Notes: a model not told the origin generated them from the sequence alone. 36,375 nucleotides of DNA from Candidatus Micrarchaeota archaeon (GCA_964548595.1 CAZJQO010000015.1:1-36375); one strand, 5' to 3'; positions 8,176-16,483 are shown, counted from the first letter of the stretch. Program-made: numbers and translations.

Positions 8176-9483
8176 ATGGACCTGGGCGAAGGGCTGCGCA
8201 GGGCTGTTGCAAGGCTTAGCGGAGCCACCATAATAGACGCCAAGGCGATAAGGGAATTCAACAAGGAGCTCCAGCGAGCCCTCATATCTGCGGATGTGAA
8301 CGTGGAGCTGGTGCTCGGGCTTACGCAGAAGCTGGAGCACGCTGCGCTGAGCGAGAAGCTGCCGCAGGGCGTCACTGCCAGGGACTACATAACGAACATG
8401 CTCTACGAGGAGCTGATAGGGCTGATGGGTGCTGGCTTCGAGCCAGTTCTGAAGCCCAAACGCGTGCTACTGCTTGGCCTCTACGGCTCCGGCAAGACCA
8501 CAACATCAGCCAAACTGGCCAAGTTCTACCAGGAAAGGGGGCTGAGCAGCGCGCTGATAGCATGCGACGTCTCAAGGCCCGCGGCCTATGAGCAGCTTGA
8601 GACACTGGCAAAGCAGGCAGGCGTGGGCTTCTTCGGCATCAACCACGAACGTGACGTTAGGGAGATAGTGAAGCAGGCTGTTTCAGCGCTCAAGGATAAG
8701 AAGGTGCTGATCTGCGACACCAGCGGCAGGAATGCGCTTGACAACGGGCTGATCAATGAGCTTAAGGCAATAGTCGATGAATTCAAGCCGGATGAGAAGC
8801 TGCTTGTGATAAATGCCGACACAGGCCAGGTGGCGGGCAGGCAGGCCAGGGAGTTCAACGAGGCTGTGAAGCTCACCGGCGTGGTAATAACAAAGTTGGA
8901 CGGCTCTGGCAAGGGCGGCGGCGCATTGAGCGCTGTAAGCGAGGCGAAGGTGGGCATAGAGTTCACCGGCACTGGCGAGAAGCTCAACGCACTGGAGCTC
9001 TACGATGCGAAGAAGTTCGTGGGCAGGCTGCTGGGCATACCGGATCTTGAATCGCTGGTGGAGAACGTCCAGAAGGCGATAAAGGAGGCGGAGGTGAAGC
9101 CTGAGCAGATGGCGAGCGAGGAGCTGAACTACAGCACCTTCTACGCGCAGCTCAAAGCGCTGAACAAGATGGGCCCGTTAAAGAACGTGATGAGTATGAT
9201 GGGTATGAGCGACGTGCCCAAGGAGACTTTTGAGCAGAGCGAGGCAAAGCTTGGCAAGTACAAGGCGATTATAGACTCGATGACGCCCGAGGAGAGGACA
9301 AGCACGGGCGGATTGTTGAGCAGCGCGAGCAGGATAAGGAGGATAGCAAAGGGAAGCGGCTGCAGCGAGAAGGAGGTGAAGTCTATGGTGAGTGACTTCA
9401 ACAAGATGAAGCGCCTTTACGCCAAGATGCAGAATGACAGGAACCTGAGAAAGCAGATGTCAAAGTTCATGCCGAAACAGTAG
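8176..9483 (+). CDS. srp54: Signal recognition particle protein SRP54
   Basis: The 435-aa ORF carries the GTPase motifs GLYGSGKTTT, DTSGR and TKLDGSGKGG. The C-terminal M domain is Met-rich (MGPLKNVMSMMGM). Confidence 0.95.
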   Translation: MDLGEGLRRAVARLSGATIIDAKAIREFNKELQRALISADVNVELVLGLTQKLEHAALSEKLPQGVTARDYITNMLYEELIGLMGAGFEPVLKPKRVLLLGLYGSGKTTTSAKLAKFYQERGLSSALIACDVSRPAAYEQLETLAKQAGVGFFGINHERDVREIVKQAVSALKDKKVLICDTSGRNALDNGLINELKAIVDEFKPDEKLLVINADTGQVAGRQAREFNEAVKLTGVVITKLDGSGKGGGALSAVSEAKVGIEFTGTGEKLNALELYDAKKFVGRLLGIPDLESLVENVQKAIKEAEVKPEQMASEELNYSTFYAQLKALNKMGPLKNVMSMMGMSDVPKETFEQSEAKLGKYKAIIDSMTPEERTSTGGLLSSASRIRRIAKGSGCSEKEVKSMVSDFNKMKRLYAKMQNDRNLRKQMSKFMPKQ

Positions 9484-9530
9484 GTGTTGTAGTGGGTCTC
9501 TGGAAAGATCAGGCAACGGCGCTTACCCAA

Positions 9531-9578
9531 GAGGCGCTGCGGGCTGAAGCCCGCAGAGGTTCATAGAGCCAGCGCCTC
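9531..9578 (+). other. Nested GC-rich hairpin downstream of srp54 (possible 3' structure or small RNA)
   Basis: The outer 9-bp stem GAGGCGCTG / CAGCGCCTC encloses a perfect 8-bp hairpin, CTGCGGGC-TGAA-GCCCGCAG. The structure starts 48 nt after the srp54 stop, inside a 250-bp ORF-free spacer. Confidence 0.3.
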
Positions 9579-9733
9579 TGCAAAGTGTTATATAGGACTT
9601 CGTGCCAAGGGCATACGCGTCGTATCTGTTTTAGCAGTATGATGACTAAAAGGAAAGTGTGTGCGTCTTGAACAAGGCGCCTGGCCAGCAGCCTCAGTAC
9701 GCTACTCCTTTTGTGTTTTAAGAAAGTGTCAGA

Positions 9734-11029
9734 ATGAAGCAATTTTCAGAGATGAATCTGAAGCCTGAGGTAGTGGAGACGCTGCGAAGGATGGGCTTCA
9801 CAACAGCGACTGAGGTGCAGGAGCATGTTATACCTGTGGCGATGCAGGGCAAGGACCTTATAGTAAGGGCGAAGACAGGCACAGGCAAGACCTTCGCGTT
9901 CCTTGTGCCCATAATGCAGCGCAACGTGGAAACAAAGACACCCGCGGCTCTGATCATAGTGCCTACAAGGGAGCTGGCGCTGCAGATACACAGAATAGCG
10001 GCTAAGATGAGGCTTGGAAACGAGAAAGAAGTGGCTGTGGTCTACGGAGGGGCGTCGATAAACGTCCAGATGCAGAATCTGGCCAGGAATCCGGCGCTGG
10101 TAGTTGGCACTCCAGGCAGGATAATAGACCTCTTCAAGAGGAGGGCGCTCATGCTTGGCGACATAAGATTCGTGGTGCTTGACGAGGCCGATACGATGTT
10201 CGACATGGGCTTCATAGACCAGATAGAGCAGATACTGTCAAAGACGCCAAGGACAAGGCAGACACTGCTCTTCTCCGCCACCATGCCTCAAAGGATAATA
10301 AGCGTAGCAAGAAAGCACATGAACGAGCCCACGCACATAAGCATAGGCAGCGAGGAGGAGCCTGTGGTAACGCAGATACAGCACTTCTACGCAGACTCGG
10401 AACGCGAGATGAAGTTCGCCACCCTGCTTGCTTACATAAACAAGTTCGCGCCCAGGAAGGCTATAATATTCGTGCAGACGCAGCGCGCTGCAAGCATGGT
10501 CTACGAGACGCTGACCGGGCAGGGTATCGGTGCCACGCTGATACACGGCGGCCTGACGCAGTCCAGCAGGGAGCGCGCTCTCAGTGAGTTCAGCGCCAAA
10601 GGCAGGTTCCTTGTGGCAACCAACATCGCGGCCAGGGGCATAGATATAGCTGGCATTTCAGACATAATCAACTTCGACGTGCCCAACGATCCGGTTGTTT
10701 ACGTGCACAGGGTCGGCAGGACCGCCAGGATGGACGCGAACGGAAGGGCGTTCACCATAGTCTGCCGCGAAGAGAGGTATCTGATCAGCGAAATAGGGCA
10801 TGAGAACAACATACTGATGAACCAGGTCAACCTTGACATTGCGCCGTATGCCGGCATCAGGATGTTCAGGCATAGGGGAGGTTCGGGCAGGGAAGGCAGG
10901 GACAGGCACGGCGATTCGCGCCGGCATGGGCAGAGACAGGGGCACTACGACAACGAGAGGGGCCGGGGCGGTTACCGCCGCGGAGGCGGTTCGCACGGCT
11001 GGAGCAGACCCACGTGGGCAGCCAGATAA
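9734..11029 (+). CDS. DEAD-box ATP-dependent RNA helicase with an RG-rich C-terminal tail
   Basis: The helicase motifs are present: AKTGTGKT (I), PTRELA (Ia), VLDEAD (II), SAT (III) and HRVGRTAR (VI). The tail is RGGSGREGRDRHGDSRRHGQRQGHYDNERGRGGYRRGGG. Confidence 0.9.
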   Translation: MKQFSEMNLKPEVVETLRRMGFTTATEVQEHVIPVAMQGKDLIVRAKTGTGKTFAFLVPIMQRNVETKTPAALIIVPTRELALQIHRIAAKMRLGNEKEVAVVYGGASINVQMQNLARNPALVVGTPGRIIDLFKRRALMLGDIRFVVLDEADTMFDMGFIDQIEQILSKTPRTRQTLLFSATMPQRIISVARKHMNEPTHISIGSEEEPVVTQIQHFYADSEREMKFATLLAYINKFAPRKAIIFVQTQRAASMVYETLTGQGIGATLIHGGLTQSSRERALSEFSAKGRFLVATNIAARGIDIAGISDIINFDVPNDPVVYVHRVGRTARMDANGRAFTIVCREERYLISEIGHENNILMNQVNLDIAPYAGIRMFRHRGGSGREGRDRHGDSRRHGQRQGHYDNERGRGGYRRGGGSHGWSRPTWAAR

Positions 11030-11092
11030 GCGTCGGTAAAACGAGCCCTTTTAAGCTCTGCGTTCCAAAATGATATTGAAAGATGTGATAGA

Positions 11093-11284
11093 ATGAGAGG
11101 AAAAGTAAAGATGTTCAATGCTGCCCGCGGTTTTGGATTCATCACAGGAGACGACGGCAAGGACGTGTATGTGCACGTCTCTGTGATTGATGGCGGAGCC
11201 GCACTTGCTGCAGGAGATGTAGTGGAGTACGACGTCGAGGAGAGCGAACGCGGCCCCCGCGCAAAGAACGTCAAGAAAGCCTGA
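11093..11284 (+). CDS. csp: Cold-shock domain protein (CspA family)
   Basis: The 63-aa ORF reads MRGKVKMFNAARGFGFITGDDGKDVYVHVS. It contains the RNP1-like GFGFI and RNP2-like VYVHV motifs. Confidence 0.85.
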   Translation: MRGKVKMFNAARGFGFITGDDGKDVYVHVSVIDGGAALAAGDVVEYDVEESERGPRAKNVKKA

Positions 11285-11609
11285 AGGCCCGAGAAATCGC
11301 AAGGGGCTGCTAGAGTCTGCCTTTGAGCTCTGTGATCTGTATTAGGGCATGAGCGTACGCCCCTTCCAGACTGGGATTTGTCCATTCTGCCGCATACTAT
11401 GACGTGGCGCAGAAGTGGCGCGCCGGAATCAAGAGGCATGATGCCCCAAAGTTTCAGAAGATCGAGCGACGCGTGTGGAAATCCACCATTTGCGCAAGTG
11501 GAAAAGGTACGTGTTGGCATACTCCAGCGACTAAAGGTCAGGCCTGTCGCTGAAGGAGCGAAATGTAGCCTGCTGTCTCCAAATCTATGGAAAAGGTTAA
11601 AATCCTATA

Positions 11610-12101
11610 ATGCGTCAGGTATTCATGGCGATCAGATATTGGGAGTTTGAAGACGCTCCGCTCAAGGAGAAGCTGAAGATGCCCAACGTAAAAGAGGTAT
11701 CGAGAATATTCTTCGACAACGAGACCAGGGCTTATAGGTTCTCCAAGGCGCTGCTGGCTGTAAAAGGGAAGCAGGCTACACAGCAGGCGCTCCGCCTGAA
11801 GGACTGCGACAAGTCGCTGCCCCTAGCTACCTGGAAGCGCTACCTTGATTTCGGAGTTGCTGTTGGTATGCTGAAGCACGAGGGTGGCGCTTACGCCTTT
11901 ACCGACAGGTACTCGAAGCCCTTCAAGAACATGACCACTTACATAAAGAGCTGGATGGAGGCGAAGGAGCAGGAGGACATAGATCTGCTCTTCGCTCAGG
12001 CACGCACAGGCAGGCAGCAGAAGCGCGGCGGCAGGCCCACGGCAGATGGAACCGCTGGAGATTCGGTCACAGCAGTGGATCCAAAAGGGCCGGAAACCTA
12101 A
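11610..12101 (+). CDS. Hypothetical protein, possibly winged-helix
   Basis: This is a 163-aa ORF. The segment ATWKRYLDFGVAVGMLKHEGGAYAFTDRY looks like the recognition helix and wing of a wHTH. The C-terminal tail appears disordered and is rich in R, G and Q. The start could instead be the ATG at 11625, about 25 nt after the A/T box TTAAAATCCTATAA. Confidence 0.45.
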   Translation: MRQVFMAIRYWEFEDAPLKEKLKMPNVKEVSRIFFDNETRAYRFSKALLAVKGKQATQQALRLKDCDKSLPLATWKRYLDFGVAVGMLKHEGGAYAFTDRYSKPFKNMTTYIKSWMEAKEQEDIDLLFAQARTGRQQKRGGRPTADGTAGDSVTAVDPKGPET

Positions 12102-12356
12102 TGTCAGGTATTTAATCCTGTTGCATGTGTTTTGAGCTATTAAAAGTTACGTAATTTACAAAATTATAATGCGAATTGCTTTTAATATATTACAGATCGT
12201 CATTCGTTGGTTTCCTACAGGTGCGCAGGCAGGCGCAGGCATGCGGAAGCCAAATGGCCGGTGGCGCTGGGCGTAGCTGGCCATATACCTGTGTATGAGC
12301 CTATAATGGTAATATTTTTTAAGTTAAGAGATTTATTGTTTTTGTAAGGTGAAAGA

Positions 12357-12539
12357 ATGGGCACAAAAATAGGGGCATTCGGAAGGATGTATGTGAGCAC
12401 CAATAAAGTAGTGTTTGTTGCGTCAAATCCTAACTGTCCTAAGATGGTACTTGCAGGCAACAGCAGTAAGCTCAGAGACGACTATAACAAGGAAATGCGC
12501 ATAGGCAGGAATCTGTTGAAGAAGTTTGCCGTTCTCTAA
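12357..12539 (+). CDS. Small hypothetical protein (60 aa)
   Basis: The ORF is preceded by the SD-like AAGGTGA 4 nt upstream and by an A/T-rich box (TTTTTAAGTTAAGAG). I recognise no domain. Confidence 0.3.
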   Translation: MGTKIGAFGRMYVSTNKVVFVASNPNCPKMVLAGNSSKLRDDYNKEMRIGRNLLKKFAVL

Positions 12540-12548
12540 TCTTCCTTG

Positions 12549-13577
12549 TCAGCGATTTTCCTCGCCAGCGTTAAGTTCGCTTCTGTAATGTTCGTAACTT
12601 TCTAAATGTAATGGCCATTGGCCGACTAGAACGCCGCTCAATATGGCCTTCTCTATTTTTGGCTTTTCAGGAGCCCACAACGTGCCCAACAGCTCCGGTC
12701 CCCTTTTTATCATCTCTTCTCCGTTTCTGAACGAACAGATATAGAAGGCATCAAAACCACCGTTAGTATCTGCAACCAAACAGTAATCGTTGCTAGCTTC
12801 GTGCAAATCCTCTTTTATTATTTCCTGCACAAATTTGGCCAAAAGCTCGCTGTGCTGTTTTATAGGGAAGAGCTGAAGGCTATAGGCAAGCAGCAATTTC
12901 TTATCCGTATTCTGCGTAAGCATAGAAAATTTCCTGATTATTCCTTTCTCTTGTAGTGCCTTCATTGCGTATATTACGCGCATCTGCGTGCTTTTGCTTT
13001 TTGCTGTGAGATCCTTAAGTTTCATTCTGGAATTCTCATTGAGCAAGCAGAGCACCTCTTTCTCCATCTTGTTTATCGCTGTGCTTTCCTGTATCAGCTC
13101 TCTGCGCAACGGAAAGAAGCCTGTGGCGCTGAGATTAAGTGTTGATATCTTAAAGAGAGGCACGTATTCGCTGAGATCCTTCCTTATGTTGAATTGCCAT
13201 GCCTGGAAATCGTTGGGGTTTAGCCCGACTATGTATAGCAGGAGGTCAAAATCACCCGTAGCAAGATAAGCATCTTGTACAAAAATATCTTTTTTAAGCC
13301 TGTTTTTAAGGTAACCAATTTCTGGCACTTTCTCAAACTTTACCGTTATTATCCTACCCTCGCTGAATCCAAGCCTCTGCTCGTCTAATTCCAGCGTGTA
13401 TGTGAGCCCGTACTTCTCCTCCAGTTTCTTCAACGTCTCTGCCACTGTGTGGTAGCTTATGTTGAACTGTCTGCCCAATCTCTTCAACGGCGCCCTCGAG
13501 TCGTTGTACAGGTACATTAGCAGCTTGTACGGCAGTTCGCTCTTCACGAATTCCTGCGTCTTCCTCGATGCCGGCAT
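12549..13577 (-). CDS. Tandem (duplicated) Lrp/AsnC-like transcriptional regulator
   Basis: The 342-aa ORF has two HTH-plus-RAM modules. Module 1 has YKLLMYLYNDSRAPLKRLGRQFNISYHTVAETLKKLEE, then IITVKF...GDFDLLLYIV. Module 2 has EKEVLCLLNENSRMKLKDLTAKSKSTQMRVIYAMKALQEKGII, then LLLAYSLQLF. It is a paralogue of 603-1991. Confidence 0.6.
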   Translation of the reverse strand: MPASRKTQEFVKSELPYKLLMYLYNDSRAPLKRLGRQFNISYHTVAETLKKLEEKYGLTYTLELDEQRLGFSEGRIITVKFEKVPEIGYLKNRLKKDIFVQDAYLATGDFDLLLYIVGLNPNDFQAWQFNIRKDLSEYVPLFKISTLNLSATGFFPLRRELIQESTAINKMEKEVLCLLNENSRMKLKDLTAKSKSTQMRVIYAMKALQEKGIIRKFSMLTQNTDKKLLLAYSLQLFPIKQHSELLAKFVQEIIKEDLHEASNDYCLVADTNGGFDAFYICSFRNGEEMIKRGPELLGTLWAPEKPKIEKAILSGVLVGQWPLHLESYEHYRSELNAGEENR

Positions 13578-13849
13578 ATATACATCTCTAAATCATAACA
13601 TGTATCTATCATAATGAACTAAGTGTGTATTATGTGGTTCTTTTAATCCAATAAGTATAAATATCCCTAACGCCATATACTATAGCATGGGAAAGGGTAA
13701 CAGGGTATGGTTTGGTGCGCTTAGCACCTCTGCTTTTAATTATGTATCCCACCCACAACAGAGCATGCCTGCCCTGTCTCTTTCCCATCCCACCCTTCTC
13801 CTTTCACAGAATTCTTCCTGATATATTAACGCTTATCGGAGTGGAGCGT

Positions 13850-14134
13850 ATGGCCGCAAACAAAAAACAATATGCGGGCAAGAGCACAGGTGGCTCTTCG
13901 ATGTGTTTTCTGATGCTGGAGCCGAAAGGTATGACCGACAGCGGTGCAATAGCCAGGCGCATAACCAAATGCGAAGGCGTCAAGGAGGTGCATCTAACTA
14001 GCGGAAGGTACGGTTTCATCGTGACTGCGCAGTCGCAGGATGAGAACGGACTAGGCAGCATAGGCAGCTCGGTGAAGATGGCCTCTGGCAGCAAAAGCGT
14101 CAGCATTGCAGTAAGCCACATGATCTATAGGTAG
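13850..14134 (+). CDS. Stand-alone RAM (Lrp/AsnC ligand-binding) domain protein
   Basis: The product is 94 aa from the ATG at 13850, which has an SD-like GGAGTGGAG and the A/T box ATATATTA ~29 nt upstream. CFLMLEPKG...CEGVKEVHLTSGRYGFIVTA matches the beta-alpha-beta-beta pattern of RAM domains. It is transcribed divergently from the tandem Lrp gene. Confidence 0.55.
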   Translation: MAANKKQYAGKSTGGSSMCFLMLEPKGMTDSGAIARRITKCEGVKEVHLTSGRYGFIVTAQSQDENGLGSIGSSVKMASGSKSVSIAVSHMIYR

Positions 14135-14142
14135 GTGATGTA

Positions 14143-14274
14143 GTGCTCAATGTACTACTAAGGAAGCTCGCCAAGAAGCAGGTCAGCGAGGCTAACAACG
14201 ACAAAAGGCCAATCAAGTTCGTGCCCGACGGCGAGAATTCGTGGCGCATCGTCTGGGCCGATGGGCGAAACTGA
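14143..14274 (+). CDS. Possible 43-aa ORF translationally coupled to the RAM-domain gene
   Basis: A GTG start lies 9 nt after the upstream stop and is preceded by GGTGAT, complementary to an archaeal 16S 3' end. The translation is VLNVLLRKLAKKQVSEANNDKRPIKFVPDGENSWRIVWADGRN. The ORF falls below the ORF-track cut-off, and I recognise no homology. Confidence 0.2.
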   Translation: MLNVLLRKLAKKQVSEANNDKRPIKFVPDGENSWRIVWADGRN

Positions 14275-14536
14275 TTTTAAGCCCATCACAACAGCGTGTG
14301 GGTAGGCGTTCTTAATGGGAATAATGACATTCAATATAGCACGCTACGATTTTGATTGGAATACAAGGAAACCAAAGATAACAGCTGCTGCTTTGAAAGA
14401 AAACTAGCTATTCTCTTTATGCGAGAAGTGTATGATAGTCAGAGATATCAGAGCAAAGATGGGCGAAACCAATTTGAATAATTAATAGGCTGGGCGTCTC
14501 TGTCTTCCAATGTAGTTCTGGAATAGCGCCCGCCCC

Positions 14537-15313
14537 CTATGTGGAGTTTATAGTCTGGTTCACTGGCTGCGTAACGTCATTGCCTGGTTCGCTGCCTGTG
14601 TAGAAGCCCGTTACCGCTATGTAGTTCTTGCCGCTGGCGGAGCTGCCCGTTATGCCGGCCACCACCTTTATGCTTACGTTCTTGCAGAGCAGGCTCGCTA
14701 TCGGTATGCTGGCGTTGACGAACGTGCTGGCCGCGTTCGCCACTCCTGTTGGGGAGACGTAGGTGTTGTAGTGCGTCGTTATCACCGGTACTCCGTTGCT
14801 AAGCACCTGTACGTAAAGGAGCGAGCTCTGCGACGATATGAGCTTGAAGTCCAGGTATGGCTCTGTTACAGTGAACTGGGATGATGTGAGGTTGCCCGGC
14901 GACACAGAGAGTCCGCGGCTGTAGGTTGTGGCAGCATAACCTCCGCTGTAGCCGCTCCAAGGCGCGGCGTAGTACTCTCCGTACTCGTTGGCATAGGTGA
15001 GGTTGAAAGGAACTGTGCCGAAGCCTGCGCCTGTGGCGTTCCATGATGTGTATGTTCCGCTGGAGAAGTTGCCGCCTGGTATCGGTTCGATGGCGTTGGG
15101 GCTTATGCAGCTGCTGTACTTTATGGTAGAGGTGCTGAGGCTAACAGGCTCTGCGGTACTGGTTCCGTGGCTTGCCAGCGTTGTGGTGGAGGTGCTGTTT
15201 AGTGTAGTCGAGGATGTGCTGGCACTAGTGCTTGTGTAATGCTGGTAAAGGGCAGCCGCAACTATAACAATTATGATGAAAATTGTTATGTATGTCAGTA
15301 TGCTTTTTTGCAA
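14537..15313 (-). CDS. Membrane-anchored or secreted S/T-rich glycoprotein
   Basis: The 258-aa ORF starts with TTG. It has an N-terminal hydrophobic anchor (ILTYITIFIIIVIVAAALY) followed by an S/T-rich linker. I count ~9 N-x-S/T sequons. Confidence 0.5.
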   Translation of the reverse strand: MQKSILTYITIFIIIVIVAAALYQHYTSTSASTSSTTLNSTSTTTLASHGTSTAEPVSLSTSTIKYSSCISPNAIEPIPGGNFSSGTYTSWNATGAGFGTVPFNLTYANEYGEYYAAPWSGYSGGYAATTYSRGLSVSPGNLTSSQFTVTEPYLDFKLISSQSSLLYVQVLSNGVPVITTHYNTYVSPTGVANAASTFVNASIPIASLLCKNVSIKVVAGITGSSASGKNYIAVTGFYTGSEPGNDVTQPVNQTINST

Positions 15314-15421
15314 CGCAGCACCAGCAAACTAACCTTTTATAATATAAGTAGTAATAAATAGCTGCTTAGGATCGGTGCTCGTTTGGGAAGTATACCCAGG
15401 AAATGGAAGAAGAAGGGAAGG

Positions 15422-15496
15422 ATGCGATGGAAGTGGGTGAAGAAGCGCAGGAAGAGACTCAAGAGGGCACAGAAGCGCAGGGTAGGAGAGCTCTAG
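15422..15496 (+). CDS. rpl41e: Ribosomal protein L41e (24 aa)
   Basis: ATG CGA TGG AAG TGG GTG AAG AAG CGC AGG AAG AGA CTC AAG AGG GCA CAG AAG CGC AGG GTA GGA GAG CTC TAG translates to [24 protein letters not shown]. This matches the L41e pattern M-x-x-KW-x-KKR-x-x-RLKR. The ORF is too short for the ORF track. Confidence 0.65.
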   Translation: MRWKWVKKRRKRLKRAQKRRVGEL

Positions 15497-15506
15497 AGGT
15501 GCTTTT

Positions 15507-16124
15507 GTGCGCGTAGTGGGCCTGGATCTCGCAGGCAGCGAGAAACGAACCACAGGTTTTTGCTTCATGACCGAGAGGATGGACTGCAAGACACTGCCTC
15601 TCCATACAGATTCCGAAATAATGAAGTCCACGCTAGACTCAAAGCCTGATGTGGTAAGCATAGATGCGCCTCTCTGCCTGCCCAAAGGGCGCAAAAGCCT
15701 CGAACAGCGCGGCCCTCCACACCTCAGAGCCTGCGACAGGGCCTTGTTGAAGATGCACATACGCTTCTTCCCGATAACGCTTGGCCCCATGCGCATGCTC
15801 ACGGCCCGGGGCATCGCGCTGAAGAAGAAGCTCGAGCGGAAGGGGCTGGAAGTGATAGAGAGCTTCCCCGGGAGCGCGCAGGACGTGCTGGGCATGCCCA
15901 GGAAGCAGCAGGGCTTGGAGAAGCTCAGGAAGGCGCTGATAAAATACGGGATAGGGGGAGACACGAGGAAGAAGGAGATGACGCACGACGAGCTCGACGG
16001 CATAACCTGCGCCATAGTGGGCCTGAAGTACCTGCAGGATGACTACACCGCGCTTGGCGACGCCTCTGAGGGCTACATGATACTGCCCAAAATAAGTAAA
16101 AGATTCGAGAGGCTTTTGCGATAA
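15507..16124 (+). CDS. DUF429-like predicted RNase H-fold nuclease
   Basis: The 205-aa ORF starts with GTG. VVGLDLAGSEKRTTGFCF...PDVVSIDAPLCLP...THDELDGITCA resembles the DUF429 pattern. It starts 10 nt after rpl41e. Confidence 0.5.
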   Translation: MRVVGLDLAGSEKRTTGFCFMTERMDCKTLPLHTDSEIMKSTLDSKPDVVSIDAPLCLPKGRKSLEQRGPPHLRACDRALLKMHIRFFPITLGPMRMLTARGIALKKKLERKGLEVIESFPGSAQDVLGMPRKQQGLEKLRKALIKYGIGGDTRKKEMTHDELDGITCAIVGLKYLQDDYTALGDASEGYMILPKISKRFERLLR

Positions 16125-16187
16125 CCGCCTGCCAATATCAATTCTTATAGAGCAGGCAATGCACTGACTACTTATAAGATGGCGAGC

Positions 16188-16220
16188 GGGAAAACCCACG
16201 ATTTCAATCGTGGGATGAGA
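16188..16220. repeat. Copy 1 of the palindromic element (GGGAAAACCCACGAT-TTCA-ATCGTGGGATGAG)
   Basis: The 8-bp stem CCCACGAT/ATCGTGGG has a TTCA loop. Relative to copy 2, the closing pair is swapped (T-A versus A-T), so pairing is preserved. Confidence 0.55.
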
Positions 16221-16273
16221 GCGAGCCGAGAAGCAGAAGCCCCTTTGCCTTCGGGGGCTGATGACATCAATAC

Positions 16274-16289
16274 CTTGTTTGCAACTTGG
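16274..16289. repeat. 16-bp direct repeat CTTGTTTGCAACTTGG (copy 1)
   Basis: An identical 16-mer occurs again at 16434-16449, 160 bp away. The sequence is partly self-complementary around the TTGCAA core. Confidence 0.5.
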
Positions 16290-16433
16290 TATGTTCCTAG
16301 TTCAATGAAATCCGCCACATGGAATTGTGGTCTTACGAAATCTCCGAAGGCGTTGATTCGGACGTGTCCCGCCCTATACAATTCCTCTTTGGAAACGCAC
16401 ATATAAACATCTTTTCCTTCCATATTCAATCAA

Positions 16434-16449
16434 CTTGTTTGCAACTTGG
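16434..16449. repeat. 16-bp direct repeat CTTGTTTGCAACTTGG (copy 2)
   Basis: It is identical to 16274-16289 and abuts, with a 2-nt overlap, the palindromic element at 16448-16483. Confidence 0.5.
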
Positions 16450-16483
16450 GAAGCCCACGAATTCATTCGTGGGAGGATGTCAC
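16448..16483. repeat. Copy 2 of the palindromic element GGGAAGCCCAC-GAATTCATTC-GTGGGAGGATGTCAC
   Basis: The 8-bp stem CCCACGAA/TTCGTGGG has a TTCA loop. Its flanks are identical to the copy at 3036-3072. Confidence 0.6.

Noticed and set aside
9636-9700. Possible C/D-box sRNAs at UGAUGA sequences (about 9639, and CTGATGA at about 16258).
   Set aside because: No properly spaced CUGA D box, C'/D' boxes or terminal stem could be found around either site.
11007-11016. The palindrome CCCACGTGGG at the end of the helicase gene, which resembles the stem of the GGGAAGCCCAC element.
   Set aside because: It lies inside coding sequence (GWSRPTWAAR). It lacks the conserved flanks GGGAAG and AGGATGTCAC. 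A 10-bp palindrome is plausible by chance.
14260-14469. The 12-mer GATGGGCGAAAC, repeated at 14260 and 14458.
   Set aside because: In a 36-kb window, tens of identical 12-mer pairs are expected by chance (roughly N^2/2 divided by 4^12). The flanks are only vaguely similar, so this is not significant on its own.
15329-16199. Minus-strand ORFs of 228 aa (15329-16015) and 186 aa (15639-16199).
   Set aside because: They are antisense to rpl41e and the DUF429-like gene. Their composition is S/P/R/L-rich and carries no motif. The plus-strand genes explain the region.
16188-16483. Whether the repeated hairpin elements form a CRISPR array.
   Set aside because: There are only two local copies, ~260 bp apart, plus one distant copy. 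The copies are not identical, spacer-length periodicity is absent, and no cas genes lie in the window.
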